Below, in pieces: positions 11,580-23,842 of a stretch of 64,000 nt of DNA. Origin of the DNA: Gonapodya sp. JEL0774 (Eukaryota); contig JADIIX010000046.1 in NCBI GenBank assembly GCA_027604505.1, forward strand, positions 62,001 through 126,000, given 5' to 3'. The first letter of the stretch is position 1; each line of letters starts with the position of its first letter. A program made the position numbers and the translations under genes. Below the pieces are notes generated by a model. It saw nothing but the letters and a program-made list of their open reading frames with translations, was not told the origin of the DNA and did no database searches.

Positions 11580-12865
11580 ATGTCATCAAATCCTTCCCCG
11601 TCTCCTCCGCCCGCCTCGTGCGCGCCTTCCAACTCCTCACCTGCGCCTTCACCATCTCCGTCCCCTGATCCTACCAGTTCCAAGAATCGCCCAAAACAAT
11701 CCGCCTCAAGCCGCCGCGTCGCCTTTTCCCCATCCTTTCAACTCGACCCTGCCACCTCCACCTGGTCTCCCCATGTTCCCACAGTGTCTGTGAATTCCCT
11801 ACCCCAACAGTTTACGCTCCTCACGTTCAACGTGCTGTATGCCCTGGTGCCACCAGAGGGCGGTTGGAGTGGGACCGCCAGATCCGATTTCGATAAAAGA
11901 AGACTGGACCTGGTCATTCGGAAGTTGATCGAGTGGGATGCGGACGTGATTGCGCTCCAGGAGGTGGACGAGTACTTTCTTCCGTGAGTGAGGCTTTGTT
12001 TGTGATACCGACGGCATCAGACCGAAAGCGTGCTCCATACTGTCTATCATAATGCTCATCTACTGCTCGATATTCTCATACTACCATCACGTCATCCCCG
12101 TCTCTCCAGTCTCCTCCTCTCCAACCCTCACTTCTCTCAGTTCCATTCGACCCACCCGCCCGACTCTCCCACATCCCCCTACGGCTCGCCCATCCTCTTG
12201 TCCCGATTCCCCTTCCAATCCGCTCGCACAAAAATAGGCGGGAAAGAGGCCGTGGTCGGGTGGTTTGGCAGCGCCGCTGGTGAGGGGCACGAGGACCTGG
12301 TTCTGTGGAACGTCCACTTGTCGGGTGGGCCCTCTGAGCGAGACGTTGTCGTGAGAGGGAAGCAGGTCAGTCAAATGTGTCCACCACTGCTGTGGGAGGT
12401 CTACTTTTCGAATCTTGTCGTGTCGACCTGTCACCTGACCCTCGCCATCCCCCTCACCCTCCCCTCCAGATCCACCGCGTTCTCACCCACCTCGCCAGCC
12501 TCCCACCCACCACCACTCCCGTCGTCCTCGGCGACTTCAACGCCTGGGACGAGCACCTCTACGAACCCTTTGGTCCCGCAGGCTACGTGGACGCCTGGAC
12601 CGCCCAGTGCGCCAAACGGGGCACACCCGACGACGTGTCCACGAGTGGCACCTACAACGCCCGAGGGAGGATCCACGAGGGTACGAGTCCCGAGGCCCGG
12701 CAGGCGCTCGAGAACGCGCAAGCGGTGCGGATCGACAGGGTCATGGTCGGAGACAAGGGGGCGTGGGAGTTTGTGGATATGCAGGTGTGTGGGGCGGAAA
12801 GGGTGGACGGAATGTGGTTGTCGGATCATTTTGGGTTGAGGTGCGCCGTGCAGAGGAGGATTTGA
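11580..12865 (+). CDS. Endonuclease/exonuclease/phosphatase (EEP) superfamily protein, TDP2-like
   Basis: Motifs LLTFNV, VIALQEV, WNVHL, VLGDFN, GYVDAW, RIDRV and WLSDHFG occur across three exons. Confidence 0.88.
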
Positions 12866-13105
12866 GGAGGACACTGAGTCAGGATCACACATATTTTGAA
12901 ATTGGTAGCATGTCTTGTCTGGAACCGTTTCATGCACGCACGTAAAATAAACATCTTTGTCCCTCACTATGGTGTTGATGGTCGAAAGACGCTTGGAGCC
13001 TTTACAGGGAATTGTGAGGTCCCCTCGCTTGGCTCATTGTCCGCCTGCCATAGCGCACTCCGCTTGTAATCACACAAGCTCCAACCCCTTCAACAAAAAC
13101 TCCCA

Positions 13106-15868
13106 ATGCAAAACCCCCCTCACCGCATCGGCCGTCCCGCCACCAGCGCTTCATCCTCGTCATCCTCATCTTCTTCCGCCCGTCCCGGTGCCCCTTCGTT
13201 AAAGACCCCGCTCGGCCCGGCGTCCAGAGTCGCACAGTTTCGACAGGCAGCGATGGCGGGAAGAGACAAGGGAGGGCCGAGAGTGGATCGTGGGATCGTG
13301 ACCGATGATGGAGATCGGGCCGGGGGGGCGGAGGGAAAGTCGTTGGATCGGGTGAGTGGAGAGTTGATGACAGTTGTTCTCGACGGTTTAGACTGATGCT
13401 ACAGAGCTTGTATTTGTTTTTGTTTTGATTTACGTTTCTGTATGTACTTTAGACGATTCTTGCAGGCCACGTTGCCGGACGAATAAACCTCTCCAACAAG
13501 AATCTTGAACGACTCCCCCCCGCAGTGTTCGATCCGAAACCCGTATTGGACGAGATGGTAAGTTATGCGCACGATCCACAGGATCGGTACACGCCAGTCC
13601 CCCCGCTCCTCTTGTATTTTGCATGTGCAACGGCGCGAAGGTTGGTCACCGAGAGTGACGGGTGTTGGGCAAAGGAATTCATCTCCATCTTCATACCCCC
13701 AAATCCAAATCCAACCCCAGAACGCCGCCAACGTCAAGAATCTTCCGCAGTGGTGGGACTTCCAAGACCTCACCCGTCTGCTTGCGGCAGATAACCGCCT
13801 CGTGGAACTCGACGAGAGGATTGGGGGTTTGGTGGGTGTTATCAGTCCTCCCAGATGACCAGTCATACCTTGTGAAGAGGCGTTCTTATCAACGGAAAAC
13901 CTTGTTCGCTGTGGTGTGAAAGGGAGCTTTGAGCGTACTTGACGTGAGTCGGCGTCGCCGTTTGTTCTGGCTTCCTGTCTTCCCCACATGGCCGCCCTCA
14001 TGTTCTGTTGCAGCTCCGGAACAACGCCCTACCCGCACTCCCCCCCACACTCTCCAACCTACCGTTGACACAACTCACGCTCTCCAACAACCAACTCACC
14101 CAACTCCCGGATTCCATTTTCCTCCCCACCCTTCAGTCGCTCGCTGTCGCCCGCAACATGCTCACAGGATCCCTTCCCGATGCACTGGGGAGGTGCACCG
14201 CGTTGACGCGGCTGGAGGTGGCGGGAAATGAATTGTCGGGCTTGGGTGGCGGGATGGCTGGGTGTACGAGGCTGGAGGTCCTTGTGGCAGTAGGTTAAGC
14301 GCCCCGAAACGACCACACTCGCCGTTTCCGCTCACGTGAGACCGTCGTGAACAGAGCCAAAACCATCTCACCAACCTTCCACCAGCTCTCTTTCAACTCG
14401 CTCATCTCACGGATCTCGAGCTGTCTGAAAACCGCCTCACTCATCTCGTCTCACTTGCCAGTTCTTCTAACCACAAATTCAATGCCCAACTCCCCCGTCT
14501 CCGCCGCCTCGACATCCGAAAGAACTCCATCGAGTCATTTGGTGATGGATTTGATGAAAGTGGGAACAGAAAGAAAGGGGTCGTTTCGTGGGAAATCTCC
14601 GCTCTTGAGGAGCTCATGGCAGGGTGGAACAAGTTGACCACTGAAGGGGCGGACGTGGTCATTGAGGGAGCACCAAAGGTGTGTTGATTTGACTACGCAC
14701 TGCTGATTGAGGGAGTCCGAGGAACACTCAAAGATCTGGGACCACCCAACTCATGGTACTTGATTGCTGTAAATCCCTTCCAATCTTGCAGCTCGCAACT
14801 CTGGACCTGTCCACCAATCGCCTGAATGGCATCCCACCTTCGATTCTCCTTCTCCCCTCTCTACACCGTCTTGACATCTCAAACAATTCCGTGTCCACGC
14901 TTCCACCTCAACTTGGTCTCCTTCCCCTCAACACGTTGGTGTTCGATGGGAATCCGATCAGAAACTTACCCACGGGAGCTACAAAGAGCACTAGGATTTT
15001 GCTCGAGGGACTTAAAGAGAGGATCAAGAGCGCAAGTGTTGATACGGCGGAAGTTGGCGAGACATCAGCAGGAGGGATGGTGGCAGCGAGCGTTTCTAGG
15101 TTCGGGTTTAAACCAACTGAACAAGAAACCGCCTCGCGGATGTTGAATCTGGCAAAACGGACAATGACTGACGGCGACATCGCCACGGTCGGTGGATCCC
15201 TCACGGCGGAGTCGCTGGGGTTCGCTCCTGCGGTATTTGATGGGTCAGACAACAGATTCACGGCTTTCCCTGGTTTGGTATGGTCCTTTGAGAAGCTCAC
15301 AGCTCTGAACCTCTCGGGGAATAAAATTGGAACATGGGAGGTCCTCACTAGTGTGGTGGGGTCAGGTCCAGCGCCGCTCCCGTTTCTTCGAAACTTGGAT
15401 CTGAGCAAGAATGCACTCCAAAGCATTCCCTGCCCCAACCCTGCAGCCGATGGTGATGTACGCCCACTGTTCCCATCTTTGGACACACTATCGGTCTCGT
15501 TCAATCGCCTCACCATTCTCCCCGGATGCATAAATATTATTTTTCCAAAACTCACGGCCCTGCTCGCCGAATCCAATAAAATCACCGCCATTGAGGCCCC
15601 GCAAATTTCATTGGGCAATCTGGAGGTTTTGGACTTGCGGAATAACGATATCTCCAAGGTCCCCGAGGAGCTTGGTCTTTGCAGAAAAATGAGATCGCTC
15701 AGAATCGAAGGAAATCCTTTCCGTGTGCCAAGGTGAGTTTCCACTCACTTAGTTTGGGCCATGATCTGTTCGAATGTATGTCTTTTTCTCAGGCAAGCTG
15801 TGATGCAACAAGGAACAGATGCGATAATGAAGTACCTTCGCGAAAGGCTTCCGGTCCCGTCTTCTTGA
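13106..15868 (+). CDS. LRRC40: Leucine-rich repeat protein, LRRC40-like
   Basis: Many LxxLxLxxNxL repeats. N-terminal WWDFQDLTRLLAADNRL and C-terminal GNPFRVPR|QAVMQQGTDAIMKYLRER are characteristic of LRRC40. Confidence 0.8.
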
Positions 15869-15960
15869 TGTCGGTGCCACAGGTAGAAAGTTAGAAATAG
15901 TGCAACCTCAAGCGCCTGTCATTATAGTGCATATATACAGTGCGTGCGCGATAACCTGGT

Positions 15961-18344
15961 TCACGGCGCCTCCTTCACCTTCCACTTCCTGTACCCGGTC
16001 CACATTTGTCTACCCTCACTATCGAAGTGGAACTGTCTATAACACGACTCGCACCAAGCGCACAAACCCTGAGGTGCAAATTCGTCGTCCGCGGTGATCC
16101 ACTGAACCTCACTCGAGTTGCAACCAATGCATCGTGCGTGGTTTAGTCTGCCAGAGATGAACACGGTTTGGGGCCACGCACCAGGGGTGTCGGGTGGGAG
16201 ATCGCTCGGATTTATGAGTCTATAAGAGATTTTGAGAATGCAACTGCGTCAACTCTTCGGAAACCAGAGGGATCCTCGGTAAACACGACTTGCCGAATCT
16301 CCTCCACAGTGACATGGTGTTCGCAAGCCGCCCCAACCCCATGGGCAAATAAGTAGGGCACATGCAGTCGTAGCGTAAGCTCGTCGAGTCTGATGGACGC
16401 AGAACAGTGCTTCAAATCAGGAGGCCGGACGACCTGGAATACACGTCCCCGAATCCGATTAGTGTTTTGGGGGTTGATAGAGTGTGATCCATTCATTGGG
16501 CTCCGAATGCGGGGGAAATGAAGAACACGCTCCGGTTCTTCTTGTGACCACGCAAGGATGGTGCTATATGCGAAAGAATGATACGGCGGAAGATTTGTGA
16601 AGAGGTTCCCGCAACCAAACTAGGCAAGAAAAATGTACCCACTTCGCCCGCATCTCCGCAGTTGGCCCATCAGTGTAGAAAGTTTCTTCCACGAAAAAGT
16701 ATCTCCCACTTTCCTCCACTGGAGATTCTTCCTCATCATTGTCCTTTTCTTCTTCAAATTGTATCCGTTCTGTCCCACAAGCTACGAGCCCAATGTAAGC
16801 ACAAATTTCCTGTATCGTGTGACTGCCGAGTACTTGAATTGTAGCTACGATATCAGCACGGCGAACAGGATCGTAGACATTGATTGTAACGATGATTTCA
16901 GGGGACAGGGAGGTCCAAGGGGTGGTAGGGTGCTCAAGATGCAAGACATAAGCCCTCGCAGGATTTCTAACCGAGAGATACAAGTTAAGGAACTCACAGC
17001 TCTCGCAAACAGATCGACGATGTTGGCGAGTTGAGGAAGGCGGTGCCGCCGAGGAGGAGGAATTCTGTTTTCGTGACTGTCCACATGGACCCATTGAATC
17101 CCAGCCTGCGGTGTGAGTTTGAAAATTTGACAAACTCACTCTAGCGTTTTCAGATCGCAGGTCGCCAATTGTGCCACCGATCTCACAAATCCCTCCGTCA
17201 ATTTCCTCTGGATGCGCGTGTTCATTGCGTTGTCCAGTTCCTCTTGAAAACTGCCTCCGACGTTCCTGGGGGCCTCCGCAACCATGGCTTTTGGTGCGAG
17301 AGAAAGCAGGTTGGAATCTTCAGATCCAGAATCACCCCTTACGCCTCGTCGTGAGACGGAAGTCTGAGATCGCCGTTTCGCGTGAACAACACCCGGCGAG
17401 TTGAGAGGAGTAGATGGAGCGTCGGAGGAGTTCGGGACTATCTCAGAGTTCATAATGTTGTGGTGACTATCCGAGATAGGTTCCTTCCCTGAGATGGATG
17501 CAGCATCGAAGGTTGCGCTCGACTCCTGTAATTGACTTGCAGACCCTTCGGACTCATCATCGTGCTCCTTTGAGACATGGCTCTTTGTTCGTTTGGAGTG
17601 CCCGCCGTCTCTAATTTGATTCGGACGGATGAGTGGAATATTGGCAACAAGCCGTTTTCCCCTGGGCCGCTGTTCCGACGAAAAAAGGGCACTGCCCAGC
17701 TCAATAAGGTCAAATTCGCCCTTCGTCAATGCGGAAGAGACAGCTTCACACCCGGTGTGGGCACCCGAACCAGACGATTCGTCCACATTCGTGTGGAGAT
17801 TCGCTGACTTGGGACGGCGAGATCCTGGACGAGTCTGAGCATCGTAAAGCGTTTGTAAATAGTGGAAATTGAAAGGCTCAGTCACTGGAGATTGTTCCGC
17901 ATCAGTCAGTGGAATTCTGAGAGTCAGGTATCCGTCAGTTGGTTTGGTAAAGCCAAACACTCCGAACCCCTTCTTACCAGCGGAGAGCACTCACGCACAG
18001 GATTTTTCGAGACTCGCCAATTGTTCACTCGAAATACCCAGAACTTGCTCGAGTGGCAGGTTTTCAAAGTTCACGATACTATCAGTTCTTTCCACTGCAC
18101 CGCGAGCAGCATCCGGGCCAGACGAAAGCCCCTCGTCTGCAGCGCTAGGCACCTCGTTGTCGTAGATACCATTCATCGACTTAATGACGCTAGCCCACGT
18201 CACATCACGGAACTTTGAGAGAGAAACAGGAGAGGAGGGAGAGGGTGGAGTATTCAGAAAACTTGGCACGACTCGACTACGTTTGGAGGTTTCTGCATGA
18301 CTTCTGCTCTGAGATCGTTCAAAAGCAGGGTGTTGTCTGTTCAT
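15961..18344 (-). CDS. SNAPC3: snRNA-activating protein complex subunit 3 (SNAP50/PTF-beta)
   Basis: VLGSHTI, YFFVEETFYTD and RLDELTLRLHVPYLFAHG..CEHHV are present. The C-terminal zinc finger CIGC...DEFAPQGLCAWCESCYRQFHFD matches the zf-SNAP50_C pattern. Confidence 0.85.
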
Positions 18345-18425
18345 AGAGCGTAAGTAGTTTGTTGCATGAGTGGGAAGATATATTGTATAAAGCATCCGTC
18401 ATTCAATTATTCGGCAACCCGAAAG

Positions 18426-20369
18426 ATGGACAGCAACAGGGTTCCTTTCGCTCCCGCTTACTGGAATCACGTAGAATCTTCTATTCTTGGATTGGTACAC
18501 CCGCCAGGAAGGAATGAAAGTTCTCTCACCACATTGCGAACAGGACCGGGGAAACAAATTAGCATGTGTTCTATCTTCCCGGTCAATGCCGAACTTCTTT
18601 ATATGTACACGTCCGTACGACAATGGCAAGATAAGTTGCTCGAGTATAACCAGTCGAGTACGTTCCTTGCGCAAGCCGAGGGAATTGATTTCTCGTAAAG
18701 AATCCCTTCGTCATCATGACCGATTAATTAGCGAGGCTGAATGTAAGCTATCTTGGTGGGGCTCTAAACGATTTTATACCCTATTATCTCCAAGCGTATG
18801 TACATCGTATGACGTCACCTTTTGACGTGATTGAACCTCTGACCTCCGTCAAAAAGCCGCCTTCAAACCCCGACTTTCCCTGGGGTGCAACTTACTTACT
18901 CTCAGCGCTTTCAGACGACACCAAAATCGAGCATTCGTCCCGCGTATCTGTACCGAGAGCAGTTGAAACGAGTTCACAAGCGCTTCCAGTTCTGAAGGGT
19001 TCTTGGCAGAATCGAACTTGTGCACCAACATGGATGGAAACTTGAGCACCAGACTTGCAGCGGTTCTCTTTCCGGCTTCCCAATTCGACACAAAGCAGAA
19101 GAGCTCTGGGTCGGCAGAGGTGACCTCGGTCCCCCCTTCTTCCGTTGCCAAAAAGATCCCCGTTCCTTCCCGAACAGCAGCTCGTCCCTCCAGATCGCTC
19201 GCAGCTTCCCTCAACGCCGCCTCCCTCGTTTCTGCTTTATCATCCCCATCAAAGAAGGTTGAAGCATCGTCTGTGCATTTCAATTCAGCAGTAGATGTTG
19301 CGCCCACATATAGGTGCGTCACAATGACGTCTAATGTTTGCGAACACTGATCTGACGTTACATGGAACCCCGTCACAATGCTAGTAACGAGGAATACGAC
19401 CGTGCACCAATAATTCCGGATCCAGTTTCCCATTCAGATCTCATCGAGATGGAGGCGATGAGAATTAAGTGGCGAAAGGAGGAGTGAGTAGTTGGCGACC
19501 CAAATGCGGAGGATGGCATTGGAAACATCCAATGAGGGCACTCCGTGTGTCTTGGTTTGTCAAGCAGTTCTGATCTGCAATTTTTGTCGGATGTAAACAA
19601 TCACTTCAGGCAAGCTCGTCAAGCCCGTAATACCTCGTCTCCCGAGGTCTCAATCTCCTCGGAAGTCGCACCATCCTCCAAGCCGACGCCAAACGCACAT
19701 CCACTCACTGTGCCCCTCTCTTTAATCTCGGGTGAATCCGCCACGGTGGGTTCACCGGCCGCGGAGTACTTTGGTGTGGATGATCCCATGGAAGTGTGTC
19801 CTACGACGCTTGCGAACGGTACGAATGGAACACCGTATCATGACGAACGAGACAGTGGCAATGACGCAAGTACGACAAACACCCGCGTCCCACAAATTCG
19901 TACTTCCTCTGCGGTGGCTCTCCGCCGGTCTGGATCTTGCACTCCACTTCAGCTCCAAGCTTTGTTGCCGGAATCGGCCTCATCTCCGCCGAACAATTCA
20001 ATATCCACGAGCCACTCCACCCCGTTTCCCTCCTTCTCCAAACGCATTCGGGCCATGGCACATTCCGCCACTGGTTTGAATACCCCCGGCGCGCCACCGA
20101 CTCGGCAGCCTCCCCCGACGAGACTCCAGATACCACCGGCCCCGCGCTTTGGGTTTGCCAAGCTCTCTGAAAAGGGTCCCGAAAAGCAATCCGGCAGTTA
20201 CTCGTCCCAGAGCTGGGTAGATAATTTCGGATCGGCGGGGACGGGCGAACGTAATGTGCGGACTGCGGGGATGGCTAGTGTTGTCGGAGGGAGGCCACAT
20301 GTACATACTGGGCACATGGCGCACACCGTACAGAGGGAGGAGGGAAGAGCGCTGTTTGTGCCGTTTTGA
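18426..20369 (+). CDS. Hypothetical protein: globular-looking N-terminus, long Ser/Pro-rich C-terminus
   Basis: Consecutive + strand ORFs (18366-18698, 18809-19045, 19003-19350, 19545-20369) have plausible GT-AG junctions. I recognised no family. Confidence 0.55.
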
Positions 20370-20617
20370 TTAGTTGGTGGTGACCGTTTACTGCACTGTT
20401 TAGTGCATTTTTGGCACTTTTGATGAGTGGCTGCACTTGTGGGAGGTATTTAGATGCTAGATTATAGGCGAGGGGAGAATGGATTGCAATTGCGATATTC
20501 CCACTAAACTTACAAAAGTCGATCATTATATTCACCCATTCTGATACTGACGTGGGTAAGAGAGATGGAATAGGACGACTGGCGGGAGGCAAAGAATGTT
20601 GATTAACATGACCGGTG

Positions 20618-21473
20618 TCATATATTATCACTGGTTGCTCTCCCGTCTGTTTCCTCGTCCACAACAAGAGTCTCGTGACTTCTCTTTTTTGCCGTTCTTT
20701 CGGGATCCGGAACACCCGCCTTCTTCCATATTTCGCGCACTCGCACTTGCCGCGCGATGTCGCGTTCCAGATCATCCCCCTCCACCAAGTGTATTCCCAT
20801 AATTTCTGCAGAAGTCATCATTCGAAAGCGCCCATTTGGGTCCATTTTCTTCCGAAACACGATCCTTCGTACACCAGCGACAGCGAGGGACATGAAGCAC
20901 TGATTACACGGAGGGAATGTAATGTATATCGTTGTGCCCCAAGTGGGCACGCCCATTCTCGCGCACATTGAAATGCACGATGCTTCAGCGTGTATTTCCT
21001 GGGAAGATTTGGACAACGACACCAACGGAGTGTGGTATGGCCCTCCTGGAGGACCATCAGGCCCACTCCCCATCTCGTTCATTGTGCTCGAGGGTGAAGC
21101 TTGCTCCTTGAGCCAGGAATTAGTCTTAGAAAGCAGGTCTCGCGTCTCGTGAGGCAGAATGACCTCATTCACAGACACCATGATGACTGATGAGGCTGAT
21201 GGGGGTTCCTTGTTCCGTGGATGGTCTGTGAGAACAGCGCACACTTGACACGAGCGATGACCATTTGAAGTGAGCACGGGTTTCTTTTTGATTATCCCCA
21301 AGTGACTCACTATGACCTCGAGGGCTCTTTGAGTTGCGAACCATCACGGAACACAGATCGAGAAAGTTTTCATCGGGAGCGAGCGATTCATCGTATCTCC
21401 ACCCGTATGACTGGAGATTCAGTGGATTTGGAAAATTTGGGAGTGTCTGCGAGAGGATATCCTCGGACATCAT
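20618..21473 (-). CDS. Cytidine/deoxycytidylate deaminase family protein (zinc-dependent)
   Basis: EIHAEASCI and IYITFPPCNQC (HxE...PCxxC) plus AGVRRIVF; two exons. Confidence 0.88.
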
Positions 21474-21633
21474 CTGGTTTGGGAAAGGTTTGTTGAATGC
21501 AAAACAGGACCTTGCTTCCCAAACATCACGTCGGCAATGCTGAATACAACACGTCACCAAATAGTAATACATACACAACAATACTATATACAAATACTCG
21601 TGATATCGTCAAATTAAATTACGGTAAATAAGG

Positions 21634-23514
21634 TTACTCTGACGCAGCAAGTACTTCGTCTGGTCGAATTTCTTCATAATCCACAGCCTTTTCTAATACC
21701 ATGTCCGAATTGCTCCTCATGGCAATCGTTTCGCTTCCAACAGTCGAATCGGACTTTGAACGCTCAATTTGCATAAGCTCAGACTCCACTTCATCATCCC
21801 AGTCCCTCGACAGTTGTTCCTCCAGTGCTGCTCTCATCGGTCCCAGAATTTCCTGAACAAGTTGCAAAACAGCCTCTTCCTGAAGGTCGAAATCGCTGGA
21901 TATCAGTGATTGATTTCCCCTGACCAGACTCTCAAACTGGTGCTGCAACCCTGAAACATCCGGATCAATCCTGAAAGCGTCGTGTCCCGCTACAAACGGA
22001 TGTTCCATAAGTGATTCAGCCGATATGCGACCCAATGATGTGGGCGTCAAAATGCACTCCACAAAAGATCGGGCCTCAGGATCCACAGCTGAATTGCTCC
22101 ACGAAAGAGGAGTTTTGAGGAGAGCTAAATGTTCCTTAGCGAGTCGGTTGGGTTTCTCTGAGCGGAATGGGAAGTACCTGAGAACAATGGTGCACGAATG
22201 AAGTTGACCTGTCACGAATCTCAGGTAACCTACAAGCGCACACATACCCGCAAAGCATGCCATAGATCGACACCCCTGGGAATCCGCAACAACGTGAATC
22301 TGAAACTTCAACGCTTTCAATGTCAAACAGAGTCTATCTCACCAAGCGCCCACAAATCACTCCATCCTTTCGTTGGCAGATAGGGCTTCCCCCTCGCCGC
22401 TTCAAGAATTTGCAGTGACGAATAATTGATACACCCTATGACATAGCGCAATAAACCCGAACACGTTGTTGATATTTGTGACAGAGAGTTATCAAGTTTC
22501 ATCCTCAAAAGCTTTCTCACCAACGGGCTCAATCAACTGTGTCTGCTCTTCATAAAAGCCAGCGAGATTGAAGTCTCTACAATTTGTGTGATTTGTAGTT
22601 ACATCAGGAATCGTCAGACTGGAAAGCATCGCTCAAAACTCACATTAAGGTGATGTGAAGAGTCTGAGGATTGACGAGAACATTATCAAGCTTCGATGGC
22701 ATGAGATTGTAGGAGTTCGTGAGCACAAGCCTCAAAAGACTCTCGAAACTCATTGAACAAACCTTGATGTCACGGTGGAGCACGCTGTGGTGGTGGACAT
22801 AACGAAGTGCAGAAAGTAGCTGGGCGGTGATATGTCGAACATGCGCCGCAGGAAGGCCATCACTGAACGATTTCTGATTCGACAAGGAAACAAGTAGAAT
22901 GATCGAACACATTTTGAAGCTTCCGTGTACCACCTCGACTTTGGACTCACCATAAAGTCGAACAGCTCAACTCCTTCCACCTTCTCCATGAAAATCAGCA
23001 CTAAGTCGTTCACCCTTGCGGTATCGTAGAGTCGCACGATGTTGGGATGGCCACCTCTCCTTCCCATCGACAGATATGCGAGGCATGCCAGTTCCCGAAA
23101 TGCATAGAGTGATCGCCTTTCGGTCGATGGTGAGACGTCACATATTTTCACAACAGCCTAGAAATTGGCATCGTGAGATCATTGTGAAAAAACCAGCGTT
23201 CTTGTCGTAATCCACTCGCCCGACCAACTCACCTTCATTCCCTTCTCGGACACTGCTTCCCTGACTTCCGCAAAGGCTCCAGCCCCAAGCACTTTAGAGG
23301 AAACTGTCCATCGAGAAAACGTGCCATCCACGATAAAGGAATCGGCGGATGGCTCCTCCATCGCTGTTTCGTCTGGAGGGATTACCTCGTCCAGTGACGT
23401 GGAGGGGACTGGTGCAGGGTCGGGTCCGGGGGTATCGCTGGTCGGTAGCATGGAGATTTCGGCTTCTACTTCACTTTGCTGACCGCCAAGTGTTTGCGTT
23501 TGGGGGGGAATCAT
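21634..23514 (-). CDS. Ser/Thr protein kinase, CAMK-like, atypical DFN/SLQ motifs (paralog 1)
   Basis: VLGAGAFAEV, HPNIVRL, MEKVEGVELFDF, LHRDIK|LDN, DFNL, GCINYSSLQ, WSDLWALG, YFPFRSE. Start uncertain. Confidence 0.88.
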
Positions 23515-23842
23515 GGGGGTCAAACGTTGTGCGATGCTTTCAGGAAGTGTTGTCCCTTTTTTTGCAGCCGTGCAATTCTGGCTGTAAGCAATCTTCGCAA
23601 AGTTTCTTCCGGCCTCTTCCGGTGAACAAAGGAAATAAATATTTAACGTCGCTCCATGACTTTTCGCGGGGATGACTGCACGGGAGACCACATCTGCACT
23701 GGAATGCGACAGTGTTTCGGATTCGGCAGTTACCATCGCAAACGCTATCTGTATGGCATGACTATACACGAAGAACTTTCTACATAATATTTACATGATG
23801 AATAATTGATTATCAGAGTGCTGTGGGATCTTTGCCGTTCGC

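Noticed and set aside
14908..15744. 278-aa minus-strand ORF
   Set aside because: It is antisense to the well-supported LRRC40-like exon and has no motifs.
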